Assembly: GCA_964518765.1 (NCBI GenBank) | Contig: CAZFJC010000012.1 | Location: forward strand, 11,667-75,666 | Length of the DNA stretch: 64,000 bases | Source of the DNA: an uncultured bacterium | Lineage (GTDB): Bacteria; Edwardsbacteria; AC1; EtOH8 | Direction: 5' to 3' | Part shown: positions 9,361 to 19,174 of the stretch, piece after piece | How positions within the stretch are numbered: position 1 is the stretch's first letter | Layout: each line of letters starts with the position of its first letter | Notes under the pieces: model-generated | Databases searched by the model: none | What the model was told of the DNA's origin: nothing | Seen by the model: only the letters and a program-made list of their open reading frames with translations | Position numbers and translations under genes: made by a program

Positions 9361-10110
9361 ATGAAGCTCCTATACTATTTTTCCATAGTAATGCTTTTAT
9401 CCACCCAGGCGGCCCCGGCCATCCAATTCGGCGAGATGGTGGACTTCCCCACCGCCGGCACCATGGGCCGAGGCGCATACGCCATCGACATGCGGATGCA
9501 GCCGGTGGGCGGACTGCTGCTGGGGCTTTCCTTCGGCATGTTCGATCGCTTGAACCTAGGGGTCACCTACGGCGGCGACAACATCATCGGCTACGGCCGC
9601 CCCAATTGGAACCCTTCTCCGGGGGTCCAGATTAAATACCGCTTCTGGGACGAGAGCTATTGGTTTCCGGCCATGGCCGTCGGCTTCAATAACCAGGGTT
9701 ACGGGCCCTGGTACGGTAGTCGCTACCTCACCAGATCCCCGGGGTTCTATGCCGTGGCCTCGAAAAACTACCGCTTCCTGGGGACGCTCGGGTTCCACGG
9801 CGGCGCCAACTACAGCATCGAGGACCGAGACAACCCAGATAACTCGGTCAGTTTCTTCGGCGGCATCGAGAAGTCGCTTAATCCCGAGCTGTGGCTGGTG
9901 GCCGAGTACGACCTGGCCCTCAACGACAATTTGGAGGACCAGCAGTTCGGCGAGGGCTACGGCTACCTCAACGGGGGACTGCGCTGGCTCTTCAGCAAGC
10001 GGCTTCTTTTGGAGTTCGACCTGAAGAACATCCTGCGCAACGGCTACGGGGAGCAGCCCTCGGCCCGCATCGGCCGCACGGTGAAGATATCCTACTATGA
10101 TTCTTTCTGA
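9361..10110 (+). CDS. Outer-membrane beta-barrel protein, hypothetical
   Basis: 250 aa from MKLLYYFSIVMLLSTQAAPA (signal peptide). Alternating amphipathic strands, Gly/Tyr-rich. C-terminal ..ISYYDSF ends in Phe, typical of OMP beta-barrels. Confidence 0.5.
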   Translation: MKLLYYFSIVMLLSTQAAPAIQFGEMVDFPTAGTMGRGAYAIDMRMQPVGGLLLGLSFGMFDRLNLGVTYGGDNIIGYGRPNWNPSPGVQIKYRFWDESYWFPAMAVGFNNQGYGPWYGSRYLTRSPGFYAVASKNYRFLGTLGFHGGANYSIEDRDNPDNSVSFFGGIEKSLNPELWLVAEYDLALNDNLEDQQFGEGYGYLNGGLRWLFSKRLLLEFDLKNILRNGYGEQPSARIGRTVKISYYDSF

Positions 10111-10142
10111 TCGGGCTTAGTCACCAGTCCCCGCTTGAAGCC

Positions 10143-10177
10143 GAAGCCGCTCCCTTCCGAGAGCGGCTTCTCTTTAT
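10143..10177 (+). terminator. Rho-independent terminator after the OMP gene
   Basis: GAAGCCGCTCccttccgaGAGCGGCTTC followed by tctttat. Confidence 0.5.
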
Positions 10178-10256
10178 CCCCTCTTGAGAGGGGAACGAGG
10201 GGTGTGTTATACTGTTTTCAGCATTTCACACACCCCCGACCCCTCTCCCAGAGGGG
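10178..10256. repeat. Composite nested palindrome of the CCCCTC/GAGGGG hairpin-repeat family (MITE/REP-like)
   Basis: cccctcttgagagggg-aacga-ggggtgtg ... cacacacccc-cga-cccctctcccagagggg. Two self-complementary G/C hairpins in inverted orientation around a 20-nt AT-rich core. Confidence 0.45.
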
Positions 10257-10279
10257 ACAAGTGAAATCGAGTTCAACCA

Positions 10280-11317
10280 GTGACGTTCGCAGACAAACCC
10301 TCCATCCTGGGCCTCTCCCCGGAGCAGCTGACCGAGGCGGCCAAGCCCGAGCTGCTGCGCTCCTACCAGGCCCGGCAGATAATGGCCTGGATTTACCAGC
10401 GGGGCATTGCCGATTTTTCGGCCATGACCGACCTTGGGTCGCCTTTGCGAAAACGCCTGTCGGAGCGTTTCTCCATAACCAGGCTTTCCGTTAAACGGAT
10501 GGAGGTATCAGCCGATGGCACCAGGAAACTGCTCCTGACCGCCCCCGACGGCCAAAGCTTCGAGTGTGTGCTCATCCCCGGCCGAAACCGGCTGACCGCC
10601 TGCCTTTCCTCCCAGGCCGGTTGCCGGCTGGGCTGCGCCTTCTGCGCCACCGGGGCCATAGGTTTCGGTCGGAACCTGACCGTGGCCGAGATGGCCGAAC
10701 AGCTGCTCCGGCTGAAGGCCCTGGCGAATACGCCAGTGACCAACGCCGTCTTCATGGGCATGGGCGAGCCCCTTGACAATTACCATAACGTGCTGGCGGC
10801 CGCCCGGCTGATCAACTCGCCCCAGGGCTTTGGGCTGGGGGCTCGGCATATCACCATCTCGACCGCCGGCTTGGTGCCGGGCATCGGGCGGCTGGCCGAA
10901 GAGCCGGAGCAATTCAAGTTGGCTGTCTCGCTCAATGCCGCCGACGACGCCGTCCGGAACCGGCTGATGCCGGTGAACAGAAAGTATCCCCTCGGCGATC
11001 TCCTGAAGGCCGTCAAGAGATACGTATCAAGGACCGGAAAGCTGGTCACCTTCGAATATGTGCTGATCTCGGGGATCAACGACCGCCAGGTGGACGCCCG
11101 GAACCTGGGCCGGCTGCTGAAAAGAACTCCTTCCAAGGTGAATCTGATCCCCTACAACGGCCCTCCGTCCGGGATTTTCGCGCCCCCGCCCCCGGATTCG
11201 GTCCGCAAGTTCCACCGAACGCTCTCCCAGCTCCACCCCAAGGTGACCATCAGGGCCAGCAAGGGACGGGACATCTCCGCCGCTTGCGGGATGTTGAAAG
11301 CATCCTGCTCCATCTAG
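10280..11317 (+). CDS. rlmN: 23S rRNA (adenine2503-C2)-methyltransferase, radical SAM
   Basis: 345 aa. CRLGCAFCATG radical-SAM Cys triad. Conserved RlmN N-terminus (LSPEQLTEAAKPELLRSYQARQIMAWIYQRG) and C-terminal ..SAACGMLK. Confidence 0.9.
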   Translation: MTFADKPSILGLSPEQLTEAAKPELLRSYQARQIMAWIYQRGIADFSAMTDLGSPLRKRLSERFSITRLSVKRMEVSADGTRKLLLTAPDGQSFECVLIPGRNRLTACLSSQAGCRLGCAFCATGAIGFGRNLTVAEMAEQLLRLKALANTPVTNAVFMGMGEPLDNYHNVLAAARLINSPQGFGLGARHITISTAGLVPGIGRLAEEPEQFKLAVSLNAADDAVRNRLMPVNRKYPLGDLLKAVKRYVSRTGKLVTFEYVLISGINDRQVDARNLGRLLKRTPSKVNLIPYNGPPSGIFAPPPPDSVRKFHRTLSQLHPKVTIRASKGRDISAACGMLKASCSI

Positions 11318-11629
11318 TCCCGCTCGCCAGCCACCGCCACCTTCCTGGCGAAGGCTGTGGCGAGCATAGCCTGCCGTGGACAGGATACCTGAATCTTCGA
11401 CAATTTAACTTTAAGGCTCTTCTGGGTTTGGTGTGGGAATAATTGGTGCATTAGAGGGGCATAACTCTAAGGTTTATAGATTGTTACAAGTCATCAGAGA
11501 TTGTTAAAATTCAACTACTTTCCCGCTTTCTCTTCAAAAGAGAAAGCTCCAAAGAGAACTGTCGCTGCACCGCTGCTCTGATGCCCCAATGCCGGCCGTC
11601 TAAAAGCATTGATCACGACCTCCCCGATT

Positions 11630-11666
11630 GTCCCCTCCTTGGTAAGGAGGGGATACAGGGGTGGTC
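11630..11666. repeat. Solo copy of the nested-hairpin repeat (TCCCCTCCTTggtaAGGAGGGGA..AGGGGTGGTC)
   Basis: gtcccctccttggtaaggaggggatacaggggtggtc. Same unit as the tandem copies at 25.7-26.4 kb. Confidence 0.6.
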
Positions 11667-11872
11667 AGCGCCAGCCTTCCCAGCGCAGCAGCGCTGATGC
11701 GACACAGAGCCCCGCCGTCAGCGGTGCGGCCTGGCTTCAGCGCCGAAGAAGCACTCATTGGGTGTTATGCCGCCTGCAGGTTCTGGTTCAATGAGTGCCG
11801 GCGCGGATGCTTGGCCCGCCGCAGCGCTGGGCCTCGGCCTGAGCTCGGCCGAACGGCGGAAAGACTTCTTTG

Positions 11873-11900
11873 GTTACTTTCTTGGTCACAAGAAAGTAAC
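11873..11900. other. Perfect 12-bp stem-loop (GTTACTTTCTTG gtca CAAGAAAGTAAC) in a 720-bp non-coding region
   Basis: Seen directly. No convincing ORF spans it. Confidence 0.4.
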
Positions 11901-11960
11901 ATGGGAGAAAGATCATTTGTTATACTACTTGTGCTTACCCATTATAAACCCCGAAGATCC

Positions 11961-12010
11961 AACTTTAAAAACAAGAGCGGAGGCGATCCCTGTCCCGCCT
12001 CCGCTCTTGT
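11961..12010 (-). terminator. Rho-independent terminator downstream of the 12042..12641 lipoprotein gene
   Basis: ACAAGAGCGGAGGCG atccctgtc CGCCTCCGCTCTTGT. On the minus strand it is followed by TTTTTAAAG. Confidence 0.55.
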
Positions 12011-12041
12011 TTCTGGTGCTCCCTATAAAACCGGGGTGCCT

Positions 12042-12641
12042 TCAAAACTCCACCACCCTGCGGTTCCTCAGGGCCGGAATAGAGTAGGTCGTCAGTAGGA
12101 CTATTTTAGGCTTGGAGACCTTTAATAGCTCGACCCTCAGCCGAACTTCGCGGTCGCTGGGCAGGTCGATCTGCCGGCCGGTGGTTGCGTCTCGAAAACT
12201 TCTGGTGGCCGTGTCCGGAGGAGCCACCGTCCGGGGCAGGGTCAGCTCCCTGATCCCGCCCTCCCTCATCCCGGCCACGCAGGTAAAGAAATATTGCGGC
12301 GCCACCCCCGAGGGCACCATCACCGGGATGAAACGGTCCGGCAGCCTGTCCCGGTCCACCGGAGGCCAGAGGACGGCGATCGTTTCCTTATCCTCAAGCC
12401 TGCCCCCCTCGTCCAGCACGCTGACCTCCATCAGCAGCCGGCGGCCGTACTGGGCGACCCGGCCCTTCCCCAGCCTTATGTCCAAAGTCGGAAACGATGG
12501 CGGCCCCTCCAGGTCGCAGGCCATCAACCGGGCCTGGCGGGGATCTAAATCGGCGACGTCCGGCCAGAGGCCTCGGTCTACGCTGCACCCCGCAGCCGCC
12601 GCCACCAGGCAAGCGGTGCCGGCTATACGGCGCAGCTTCAT
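12042..12641 (-). CDS. Lipoprotein, hypothetical (weak FKBP-like C-terminal motif)
   Basis: 199 aa. Lipobox LVAAAAGCS. GMREGGIRELTLP loosely resembles the FKBP PPIase core. Otherwise no assignable family. Confidence 0.5.
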   Translation of the reverse strand: MKLRRIAGTACLVAAAAGCSVDRGLWPDVADLDPRQARLMACDLEGPPSFPTLDIRLGKGRVAQYGRRLLMEVSVLDEGGRLEDKETIAVLWPPVDRDRLPDRFIPVMVPSGVAPQYFFTCVAGMREGGIRELTLPRTVAPPDTATRSFRDATTGRQIDLPSDREVRLRVELLKVSKPKIVLLTTYSIPALRNRRVVEF

Positions 12642-12666
12642 ATTACTATATTATCATAGGATAGCA

Positions 12667-13134
12667 TCATGGGGACAGGCTCCGGATGGCCAGGTTCATG
12701 ATCACCTGCCCCTGCTCCGTCTCCAGCGGCAGGACCACCGTCTCCAGGGTGGTGTTGAAGACGTTCATCTCGCGGCCGGAGAATAATGTGGGAGAGGTGA
12801 TGTTGAAGCGGTGCCCGCGGTTGACCAGGTCCGACACCGCTCGGCCGGCGATGATGTTGGCCAGCTCGTTGACCGTGGCCGGGACCAGCTCCTCCTCCTC
12901 GCCCATCTCCTGGCGGTTCATCAGCGAGGCCAGGCGCCTGGCCGTCTCCCGACTCATGTCCAGGAGCATCCTTCCCTCGGCCTCGCCGAAGATGCCCACC
13001 AAGCTGGCGATGCCCTGGGTGGTAACCAGCGAGGTCTTCAGCATGGCCTGGCCCCGGGAGACATGGCCGCCGGTGACCTCGGCCAGCACCTTGGCGGCCG
13101 AGTCCACGAACGGATGGATGTACTCGCTCTTCAT
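12667..13134 (-). CDS. cheX: CheX/CheC-family chemotaxis phosphatase-like protein
   Basis: 155 aa. E-x2-N signature (ATVNELANIIAG). Size and pattern match CheX. Confidence 0.65.
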   Translation of the reverse strand: MKSEYIHPFVDSAAKVLAEVTGGHVSRGQAMLKTSLVTTQGIASLVGIFGEAEGRMLLDMSRETARRLASLMNRQEMGEEEELVPATVNELANIIAGRAVSDLVNRGHRFNITSPTLFSGREMNVFNTTLETVVLPLETEQGQVIMNLAIRSLSP

Positions 13135-13242
13135 AGGTATTCCATTTCTCCTGCCGCTGATTTGCCCGGATTTTCACCGATGCCGGTCAGCTTGGAAATC
13201 TACAATGTGGCAATCCGTGTTTATCCGTGGCCAAAAGGCTTC

Positions 13243-14721
13243 TCAGATCTCCCCCACCATGCCCATCAGCCCCTCCACCACCTGGGGATCGAACTGGCTG
13301 CCGCTCAGCTGCCTGATCTCGTCGACGATGGCCGGCAGAGGCATAGGCTGTCGATAGACCCGGGGCGAGGCCATGGCATCGAAGGCATCGGCCACCGCGA
13401 TCACCCTGGCCCTCATCGGTATGTCGTCGCCCTTGAGCCCGTCGGGGTAGCCGCCCCCGTCCCAGCGCTCGTGATGGTGCCTGATATCGTCGGCGATTCC
13501 GTGCAGCCGGCCGATGTTGGCCACGATCTCGGCTCCCAGGTTCGGATGGCGTCGTATCAGATTCCATTCGGACTCGGACAGCTGGTGCCTCTGGTTGAGG
13601 ACGCTGTCCGGCACCCCCAGTTTGCCGATGTCGTGAAGCAGGCAGGCCATCTCCAGCTCGCCGGCGTCCATCACCCCCCGCGACATCAGGTAGGCCTGGT
13701 TCATGTGGCCCACGATGCGTTTGGCCCGCGAGGCCACCCGCTCCGAATGGCCGCGGACGTAAGGGTCGCCGATCTCCACCGCCTTGACTAGGATTTTAAT
13801 CATCTGGGCGCTAACGCCTGACAGCTCGTCCTCCAGGTGGAGGATCCGGTTGAGTTCGTCCGACATCTCTTGATGAAGACGCTTGATCTCGGTTTCGTAG
13901 GAGACCCGGAGCTGGCTGGTGAAGAAGGTCTTGGCCTGCTGGTAGTTCCTCAAGCCGCGCTCGATGGCCGGCGCCAGCTCCTGGGGGGCCTTGGCCCGCG
14001 TCACCAGGTCGCTGACCCCCAGTCTCCAGAAGTCCATGATCCGGGCCGCGGCCGCCTCCTCGGCCAACAGGATCACTGGCCGCATCGGGTTGTGGCGCTG
14101 CAGCTCCTCCACCGTCCGCTTGAGCTCGCCCATCTCCCTCTCCTGGGGCACCGACAGCAGCACCGCGTCCGGCCTCTCCACCTGCACTGCCTTCGGTACA
14201 TCGCGCAAACTCTCCACCGTTTTGACGACGAAGGAGCCTGGAGCCAGCAGGCTCTGGGCCTGCCCGGGGAAAGCAAAATGCGGGCCGCAGGCCAGCACCC
14301 GGGGCGGCCGGCTTTTGACGCCGGCCGCCTTGGCCCGGCCATCATGTCGGGATACCGCCTCGGCCAGCTCGTCGACGATCTTGCCGGCCAGCACCTCGAA
14401 GTCCAATGGTTTCTCCAGGTACTGAGAGGCCCCCATGGCCTTCAGCCTTTCCTCTATCTCGTTGGTGCCGAAGGCGGTGGTCAAAATCACCGGTGTGTCG
14501 GGATGGAACTCCCTGAGGTAGGAAAGCAGCTCGAACCCGTCCATCTGCGGCATCTTGATGTCGGTGACCACCAGGTCAACCGGGTGGGTGCGCAGGTGCT
14601 CCACCGCCTGTCTGCCGTTTTCGGCTGTGGACACCAAGAAATCATGGCGGTAGGCCTTGAAACCCTCCTCCAGCAGGGCCAGGAATGACTTTTCGTCATC
14701 GACGATCAGTACATGCTTCAT
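13243..14721 (-). CDS. Response regulator with HD-GYP phosphodiesterase output domain
   Basis: N-terminal receiver (LIVDDE..DLVVTDIKMPQMDG), a second receiver-like module, and a C-terminal HD-GYP domain (HHERWDGGGYPDG; LLHDIGKLGVPD). Confidence 0.85.
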   Translation of the reverse strand: MKHVLIVDDEKSFLALLEEGFKAYRHDFLVSTAENGRQAVEHLRTHPVDLVVTDIKMPQMDGFELLSYLREFHPDTPVILTTAFGTNEIEERLKAMGASQYLEKPLDFEVLAGKIVDELAEAVSRHDGRAKAAGVKSRPPRVLACGPHFAFPGQAQSLLAPGSFVVKTVESLRDVPKAVQVERPDAVLLSVPQEREMGELKRTVEELQRHNPMRPVILLAEEAAAARIMDFWRLGVSDLVTRAKAPQELAPAIERGLRNYQQAKTFFTSQLRVSYETEIKRLHQEMSDELNRILHLEDELSGVSAQMIKILVKAVEIGDPYVRGHSERVASRAKRIVGHMNQAYLMSRGVMDAGELEMACLLHDIGKLGVPDSVLNQRHQLSESEWNLIRRHPNLGAEIVANIGRLHGIADDIRHHHERWDGGGYPDGLKGDDIPMRARVIAVADAFDAMASPRVYRQPMPLPAIVDEIRQLSGSQFDPQVVEGLMGMVGEI

Positions 14722-14773
14722 CTGTATTTCCTCGATATTGATTCCAATCTTCGCCCCGAGGGCGCTCCGGACA

Positions 14774-17700
14774 TCAGCCGGCGGCCGCCGGCAGCCTGAG
14801 GGCGACCTTGGTGCCCCTCCCTCTTTCGCTCACCACCTCGATCTCCCCGTTCATTTTTACCATTATGTTCTTGGTGATCACCAGGCCCAGGCCGGTGCCC
14901 GAGGGTTTGGAGGTGTAGAATGGCTTGAATAGGTTTCTCTGCTGCTCCCGGCCGATGCCGCAGCCGTTGTCCTCCACGGCTATCTCCAGCATCTCGCCGT
15001 CCTTGGTCGAAGAGATGATTATCCTGGCGTCCTCCCTGCCCTGCAGGGCGTCGGCCGAGTTGGCCAGCAGGTTGAGGAGCACCTGCTGCAGAGCCCGGGG
15101 ATCCAGCCAGGCTACGATCTCCCCGGATTGCAGCCTGGCCTCGATGGAGATTCCCCGCTTTTTGAAATCCTCCCCGGCCAGCAGCCGGATTTTGTCCAGA
15201 AACTGGTTGATCTCCACCCTCTCCGGCTTCAGGCTCTCGTACATACTGAAGTTCTTCAACGACCTCAGCAGGTCCTCCATCCGGGAAACCTCCTTTGAGG
15301 CCATCTCGACAACCTTGATGATCGTCTCCTTGGGATAGGATTCCAGGTTCTTGGAGAGGATCCCTATGGCCATCTTGATGGAGGTCAGGGCGTTGCCTAT
15401 CTCGTGGCGTATGCCGCTGAAGACGTAGCCGATGTTCTCCATGGTGTTGACCGCCTCGGCGATGGAGCGTAGCCTTCGCTGTTCGGTGACGTCCCTGACG
15501 GCCGTCACGTGGGCCGCCGTGCCGTCGGGTCCGGTCACCGGCGATAGGGTGGCCTCGGCCTCGAATTCGGTGCCGTCCGCCCGGGACATGGTGAACTGCC
15601 CGTGCCAGGGCCTTCCCCGCTCCAGAAGCCGGGCGATCTCCCGGCGGTAGGCCAGTTGGAATTCGCCGCCCAGCACCTCTCCCCGGTCCCGTCCCAACAG
15701 CTCCTCTCGGCTACGGCCCGACATCTCCTGGAAGGCCGGGTTGATATAGCGGATGGCCCCCTGGGGATCGGTGATGACCACCCCCTCGGCCGCCTGCTCT
15801 ATGGCCGCCACCAGATGCTTCCGCTCCTCCTCGGCGCTCTTTCTCTCCATAGCCAGGGCGATCTGATGGGAGACGAAGGTCAACACCTCCTTATCCCGCT
15901 CGCCGTAGGACTGACTCTCCTGGTAGCTGTGGACCACCAGCGCCCCGAAGGCCTTCTCCCCCCGTTTCAGCGGTACCCCCAGCCAGCAAGAGTCGGGCGT
16001 GCCGTGATAGGTGATCAATCCGGCCGACACCATGTTGCGGATGGAATTGCCGGTGGCCAGCAGCGGCTGGCCGGTGGTGATAACGTGCTCGGTGATCCCG
16101 TTGCCGAATGGCCGGGGGGCCGGTTTGGGGTCCCGCTCGTCCACATAGTAAGGGAACTGAAGCGTTTTGGTTGCCGGATCGACCAAGGCGATGTAGAAGT
16201 TCCGGGCGTACATCAACTGGCTGATGACACCGTGAACCGAGCGATAGAACTCCTGGATGTCCCGGCTGGTGCCGGTGGTCTCCGCCAGCTTGTAGAGGGC
16301 GGCCTCCAACAGACGGGCGTGGCGCTGTTCGGTGATGTCCTCCACCGTCCCTTCGTAATAGACGGTCTTGCCCGTTTGGTCCCTGATGGCGATGGCGTTC
16401 TCCCGGACATAGATGGTGCTGCCGTCCTTGCGGCGCCACTCGGATTCCAGGGCCCGGACCATGCCCTCCCTCTCGATCAGTTCCCGGAAGCGGGCCCGGC
16501 TGAGGCCGGGGCCGTAGATGTCCTCCTTCTCCAGGTTGACCCTCTGCAGCTCCTGGAGGCTGTCGTAGCCCAACATCCTCACCAGGAAGGGATTGGCCAT
16601 CAGCACCTGGCCCTCGGGGTTGGTGCGGTAGACGCCGATGGGCATGTTCTCGAACAGGTTGCGGTAATGCTCCTCCTTCTCCCATAGCGCCCGCTCTGCC
16701 CTCTTGCGGTCGGTGATATCGACCACGAAGCCCTCCAATGCCAGGGCCTGGCCCTCCGAGGAATAGACCCAGCGTCCCTGCTCCCAGACCCATCGCTCCT
16801 CGCCCGAGGCGTCCCGGATGCGGTATATTATCTGGAAGGGCTGGCGGCTGGCGGCCGCGTTTTGATGCTCGGCCTCCACCAGCATCCGGTCCTCCTCGAA
16901 CACCAGCGAATCGTAGGATACCGCCCCCTCGCCCAACAGCTGGTCCGGCCGGTATCCGGTTAGCTCCAGGCATCCCTGGCTGGCGAACTCCATGATATTT
17001 CCCCCCTGGCCGCCCCTGCGGTAGGCCATGCCGGGCAGGTTGGAGAGCAGCGTGCTCAGGGCCCGCTGGCTTTCGGACATCCGATCCTCGGCCAGCTTAT
17101 ACTCGGTGCGGTCGCGGGAGACCACTACCACATGGGTGATGATCCCTTGGTGATTTCGGTAGGGGTAATAGGCCACGTCGAAGAAGCGGCGCCCCAGGGC
17201 GGCGAACTCGAACCACTTTTGGTAGTGCACCTCCTCCCCCCGGAAGCCCTGCTCCAAATATTGGCCGATGATCTTGGCCGCCTCCGGCCCCCAGACCTCC
17301 TCCACCGTTCGTCCGACTATCTCCTCCCGGGCCTTGCGGTGAGCCTGGCAATAGGCCTCGTTGGCCGCCTCGTACACCTGGTCGCTGCGGATCAAGGTCA
17401 TCAGGTCCTTGGAGGCGTTGACGGCGAACTCATACTTCATCCGGGCCTCGTCTGACTGGGTGCGGTCGGTGATGTCCATTCCCGAGATGAGTATGCTGGC
17501 CGGCTGGCCCTCCTCGGCAATCATCACGTTCTTCTGGGAGAAGAGGATGGTGCGGAGCGAGCCGTCCCTGGACAGCACCCCCACCTGGAGCTCCGGGGTG
17601 CTCTCCCCCCTGAAGTTCCTCTCCAGGTCGGCCAACACCGCCTCCCGCTGCTCGAAGACCACGAATTTTAGCACCGGCATCCCCACCACCTCCTCCCGTC

Positions 17701-19174
17701 GGTAGCCCAGCCTCTCCAAGGCTACCCGATTGACATCCTGGATTGTCCCGTTGGCTCCAATGATGATGTTGATGGTCGGGCTTTCCTCATAGAGGAAGCG
17801 GTATTTCTCCTCTGACTTGCGCAGGGCGGTTTCGGTCCACTGCCGTTCGGCTATCTCCACCTTGAGGGCTTCGTTGGCCTCGGCCAGCTCCCGGGTCCGC
17901 TGTTCGACCTTCTCCTCCAGCACCAGGGCGGAGCGCTGTAACTCCTGCTCCATCCGACGCCGGTCGGTGACGTCCTCGGCGATGGAAAGAGTGCCCCAGG
18001 GTGTGGGGTAAACCCAGGTGTAAAAATATCGGCCTCCCTTTTCCTCCTCCATTTGCTGGGGCTGCCCGTCGGACATGGCCCTTTGGAAGGCCTGATGGAT
18101 CGAGGTCCCCTCGAATCCCTGAAGGACCTCTAAGATACTCCTGCCCTCCACCGCCTGGGGGCTCAATCCTAAAAGTTCGGCGTAGGCCTGGTTGCAGTAA
18201 TTGACCGTCATGTCGCGGCGCACCGAAAGTATCGGCGCCCTGATGCAGTCCAGCAGGGTGCGGTGCTTCAGCTCGCTCTCCCGCAGCAGCTCTACGGTTC
18301 TTTTCTTCTCCAGGGCGGCGGCGATGTGCTGGGAGACGAAGGACATGATCTCCTGCTCCGGCTCGCTCAAGCGGCAGCCGGGATCGTAGCTCTGGATGGC
18401 TAGTACTCCGAAGATACGCTCCTCGCTCTTCAAGGGCACCCCCAGCCAGTCGACCGCGGGTGTGCCGTAGCCGCTAATCCCTAGTTTTTCTAGCTCCGCC
18501 CGCCTTTCATGAACCATCAAAAGGGGCCGGCCGCTGCGGATGACATATTCGGTGAGGTTGTTGCCCAGAGGCCGCTCCCGGGGCGGTGAATCCTTTTCGT
18601 CCGAGTAATAGGGAAAGCTCAGGGTGTTGCGGATCGGATCGTGGAGGGCGATGTAGAGGTTGTTCACCGGTATCAGGGTCTTCACCACCTGGTGGATGTC
18701 CTGGTAGAATTTGGCCATGTCGGCGGTCGATCCGGAGAGCTCGGAGATACGATAGAGCGCTTCCCGGATCATCTCGCTCCGCCTGCGTTCGCTCCGCTCC
18801 TGGACCTCGCGCAGGGCCCGCAGGATGGCCGGCGTCAGCCTTCCCAGTTTGTCCTTGATGACGTAGTCGGTGGCTCCGCTTTTAAGAGCCTCCACCGCCA
18901 GCTCCTCCCCCATCACCCCGGAGACGAAGATGAAGGGCACCTCGGGTCGCTTCCGGCGGGTCACCGCCAGGGCCGCCAGCCCGTCGAACCCAGGGACCTT
19001 GTAGTCCGCCAGGATGATGTCCGGCCGGTGGTACTCCAGCCCGGCCAAAAAGTCCTGCTCGGTGGTTACCACCCTGGAGGAATGGGCCAGGTTTGACCGC
19101 TGCAGCTCCTGCTCGATCAGCTTGGCGTCAACCTCGTCGTCCTCTAGGATCAATATCCTTAGTTCCCTGCTCAT
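14774..19174 (-). CDS. Multi-sensor hybrid histidine kinase (N-terminal receiver, GAF, multiple PAS/PAC, HisKA + HATPase_c)
   Basis: 1466 aa. Receiver at the N-terminus (ILILEDDEVDAKL..DIILADYKVPGFDG). Repeated PAS blocks. Two GAF-like segments. C-terminal kinase with H-box (IRHEIGNALTSIKM) and G-boxes (GCGIG..GTGLGLVITKNI). Confidence 0.85.
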   Translation of the reverse strand: MSRELRILILEDDEVDAKLIEQELQRSNLAHSSRVVTTEQDFLAGLEYHRPDIILADYKVPGFDGLAALAVTRRKRPEVPFIFVSGVMGEELAVEALKSGATDYVIKDKLGRLTPAILRALREVQERSERRRSEMIREALYRISELSGSTADMAKFYQDIHQVVKTLIPVNNLYIALHDPIRNTLSFPYYSDEKDSPPRERPLGNNLTEYVIRSGRPLLMVHERRAELEKLGISGYGTPAVDWLGVPLKSEERIFGVLAIQSYDPGCRLSEPEQEIMSFVSQHIAAALEKKRTVELLRESELKHRTLLDCIRAPILSVRRDMTVNYCNQAYAELLGLSPQAVEGRSILEVLQGFEGTSIHQAFQRAMSDGQPQQMEEEKGGRYFYTWVYPTPWGTLSIAEDVTDRRRMEQELQRSALVLEEKVEQRTRELAEANEALKVEIAERQWTETALRKSEEKYRFLYEESPTINIIIGANGTIQDVNRVALERLGYRREEVVGMPVLKFVVFEQREAVLADLERNFRGESTPELQVGVLSRDGSLRTILFSQKNVMIAEEGQPASILISGMDITDRTQSDEARMKYEFAVNASKDLMTLIRSDQVYEAANEAYCQAHRKAREEIVGRTVEEVWGPEAAKIIGQYLEQGFRGEEVHYQKWFEFAALGRRFFDVAYYPYRNHQGIITHVVVVSRDRTEYKLAEDRMSESQRALSTLLSNLPGMAYRRGGQGGNIMEFASQGCLELTGYRPDQLLGEGAVSYDSLVFEEDRMLVEAEHQNAAASRQPFQIIYRIRDASGEERWVWEQGRWVYSSEGQALALEGFVVDITDRKRAERALWEKEEHYRNLFENMPIGVYRTNPEGQVLMANPFLVRMLGYDSLQELQRVNLEKEDIYGPGLSRARFRELIEREGMVRALESEWRRKDGSTIYVRENAIAIRDQTGKTVYYEGTVEDITEQRHARLLEAALYKLAETTGTSRDIQEFYRSVHGVISQLMYARNFYIALVDPATKTLQFPYYVDERDPKPAPRPFGNGITEHVITTGQPLLATGNSIRNMVSAGLITYHGTPDSCWLGVPLKRGEKAFGALVVHSYQESQSYGERDKEVLTFVSHQIALAMERKSAEEERKHLVAAIEQAAEGVVITDPQGAIRYINPAFQEMSGRSREELLGRDRGEVLGGEFQLAYRREIARLLERGRPWHGQFTMSRADGTEFEAEATLSPVTGPDGTAAHVTAVRDVTEQRRLRSIAEAVNTMENIGYVFSGIRHEIGNALTSIKMAIGILSKNLESYPKETIIKVVEMASKEVSRMEDLLRSLKNFSMYESLKPERVEINQFLDKIRLLAGEDFKKRGISIEARLQSGEIVAWLDPRALQQVLLNLLANSADALQGREDARIIISSTKDGEMLEIAVEDNGCGIGREQQRNLFKPFYTSKPSGTGLGLVITKNIMVKMNGEIEVVSERGRGTKVALRLPAAAG

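Noticed and set aside
11661-12098. 145-aa plus-strand ORF in the long rlmN-downstream intergenic region
   Set aside because: Spans a hairpin repeat and a terminator. Product is low-complexity with no start-proximal RBS. The region is better explained as non-coding with structured elements.
12042-12641. Calling the lipoprotein an FKBP-type PPIase
   Set aside because: Only one short motif (GMREGGIRELTLP) resembles the FKBP core. Key aromatic pocket residues could not be aligned by eye. Kept as hypothetical lipoprotein.
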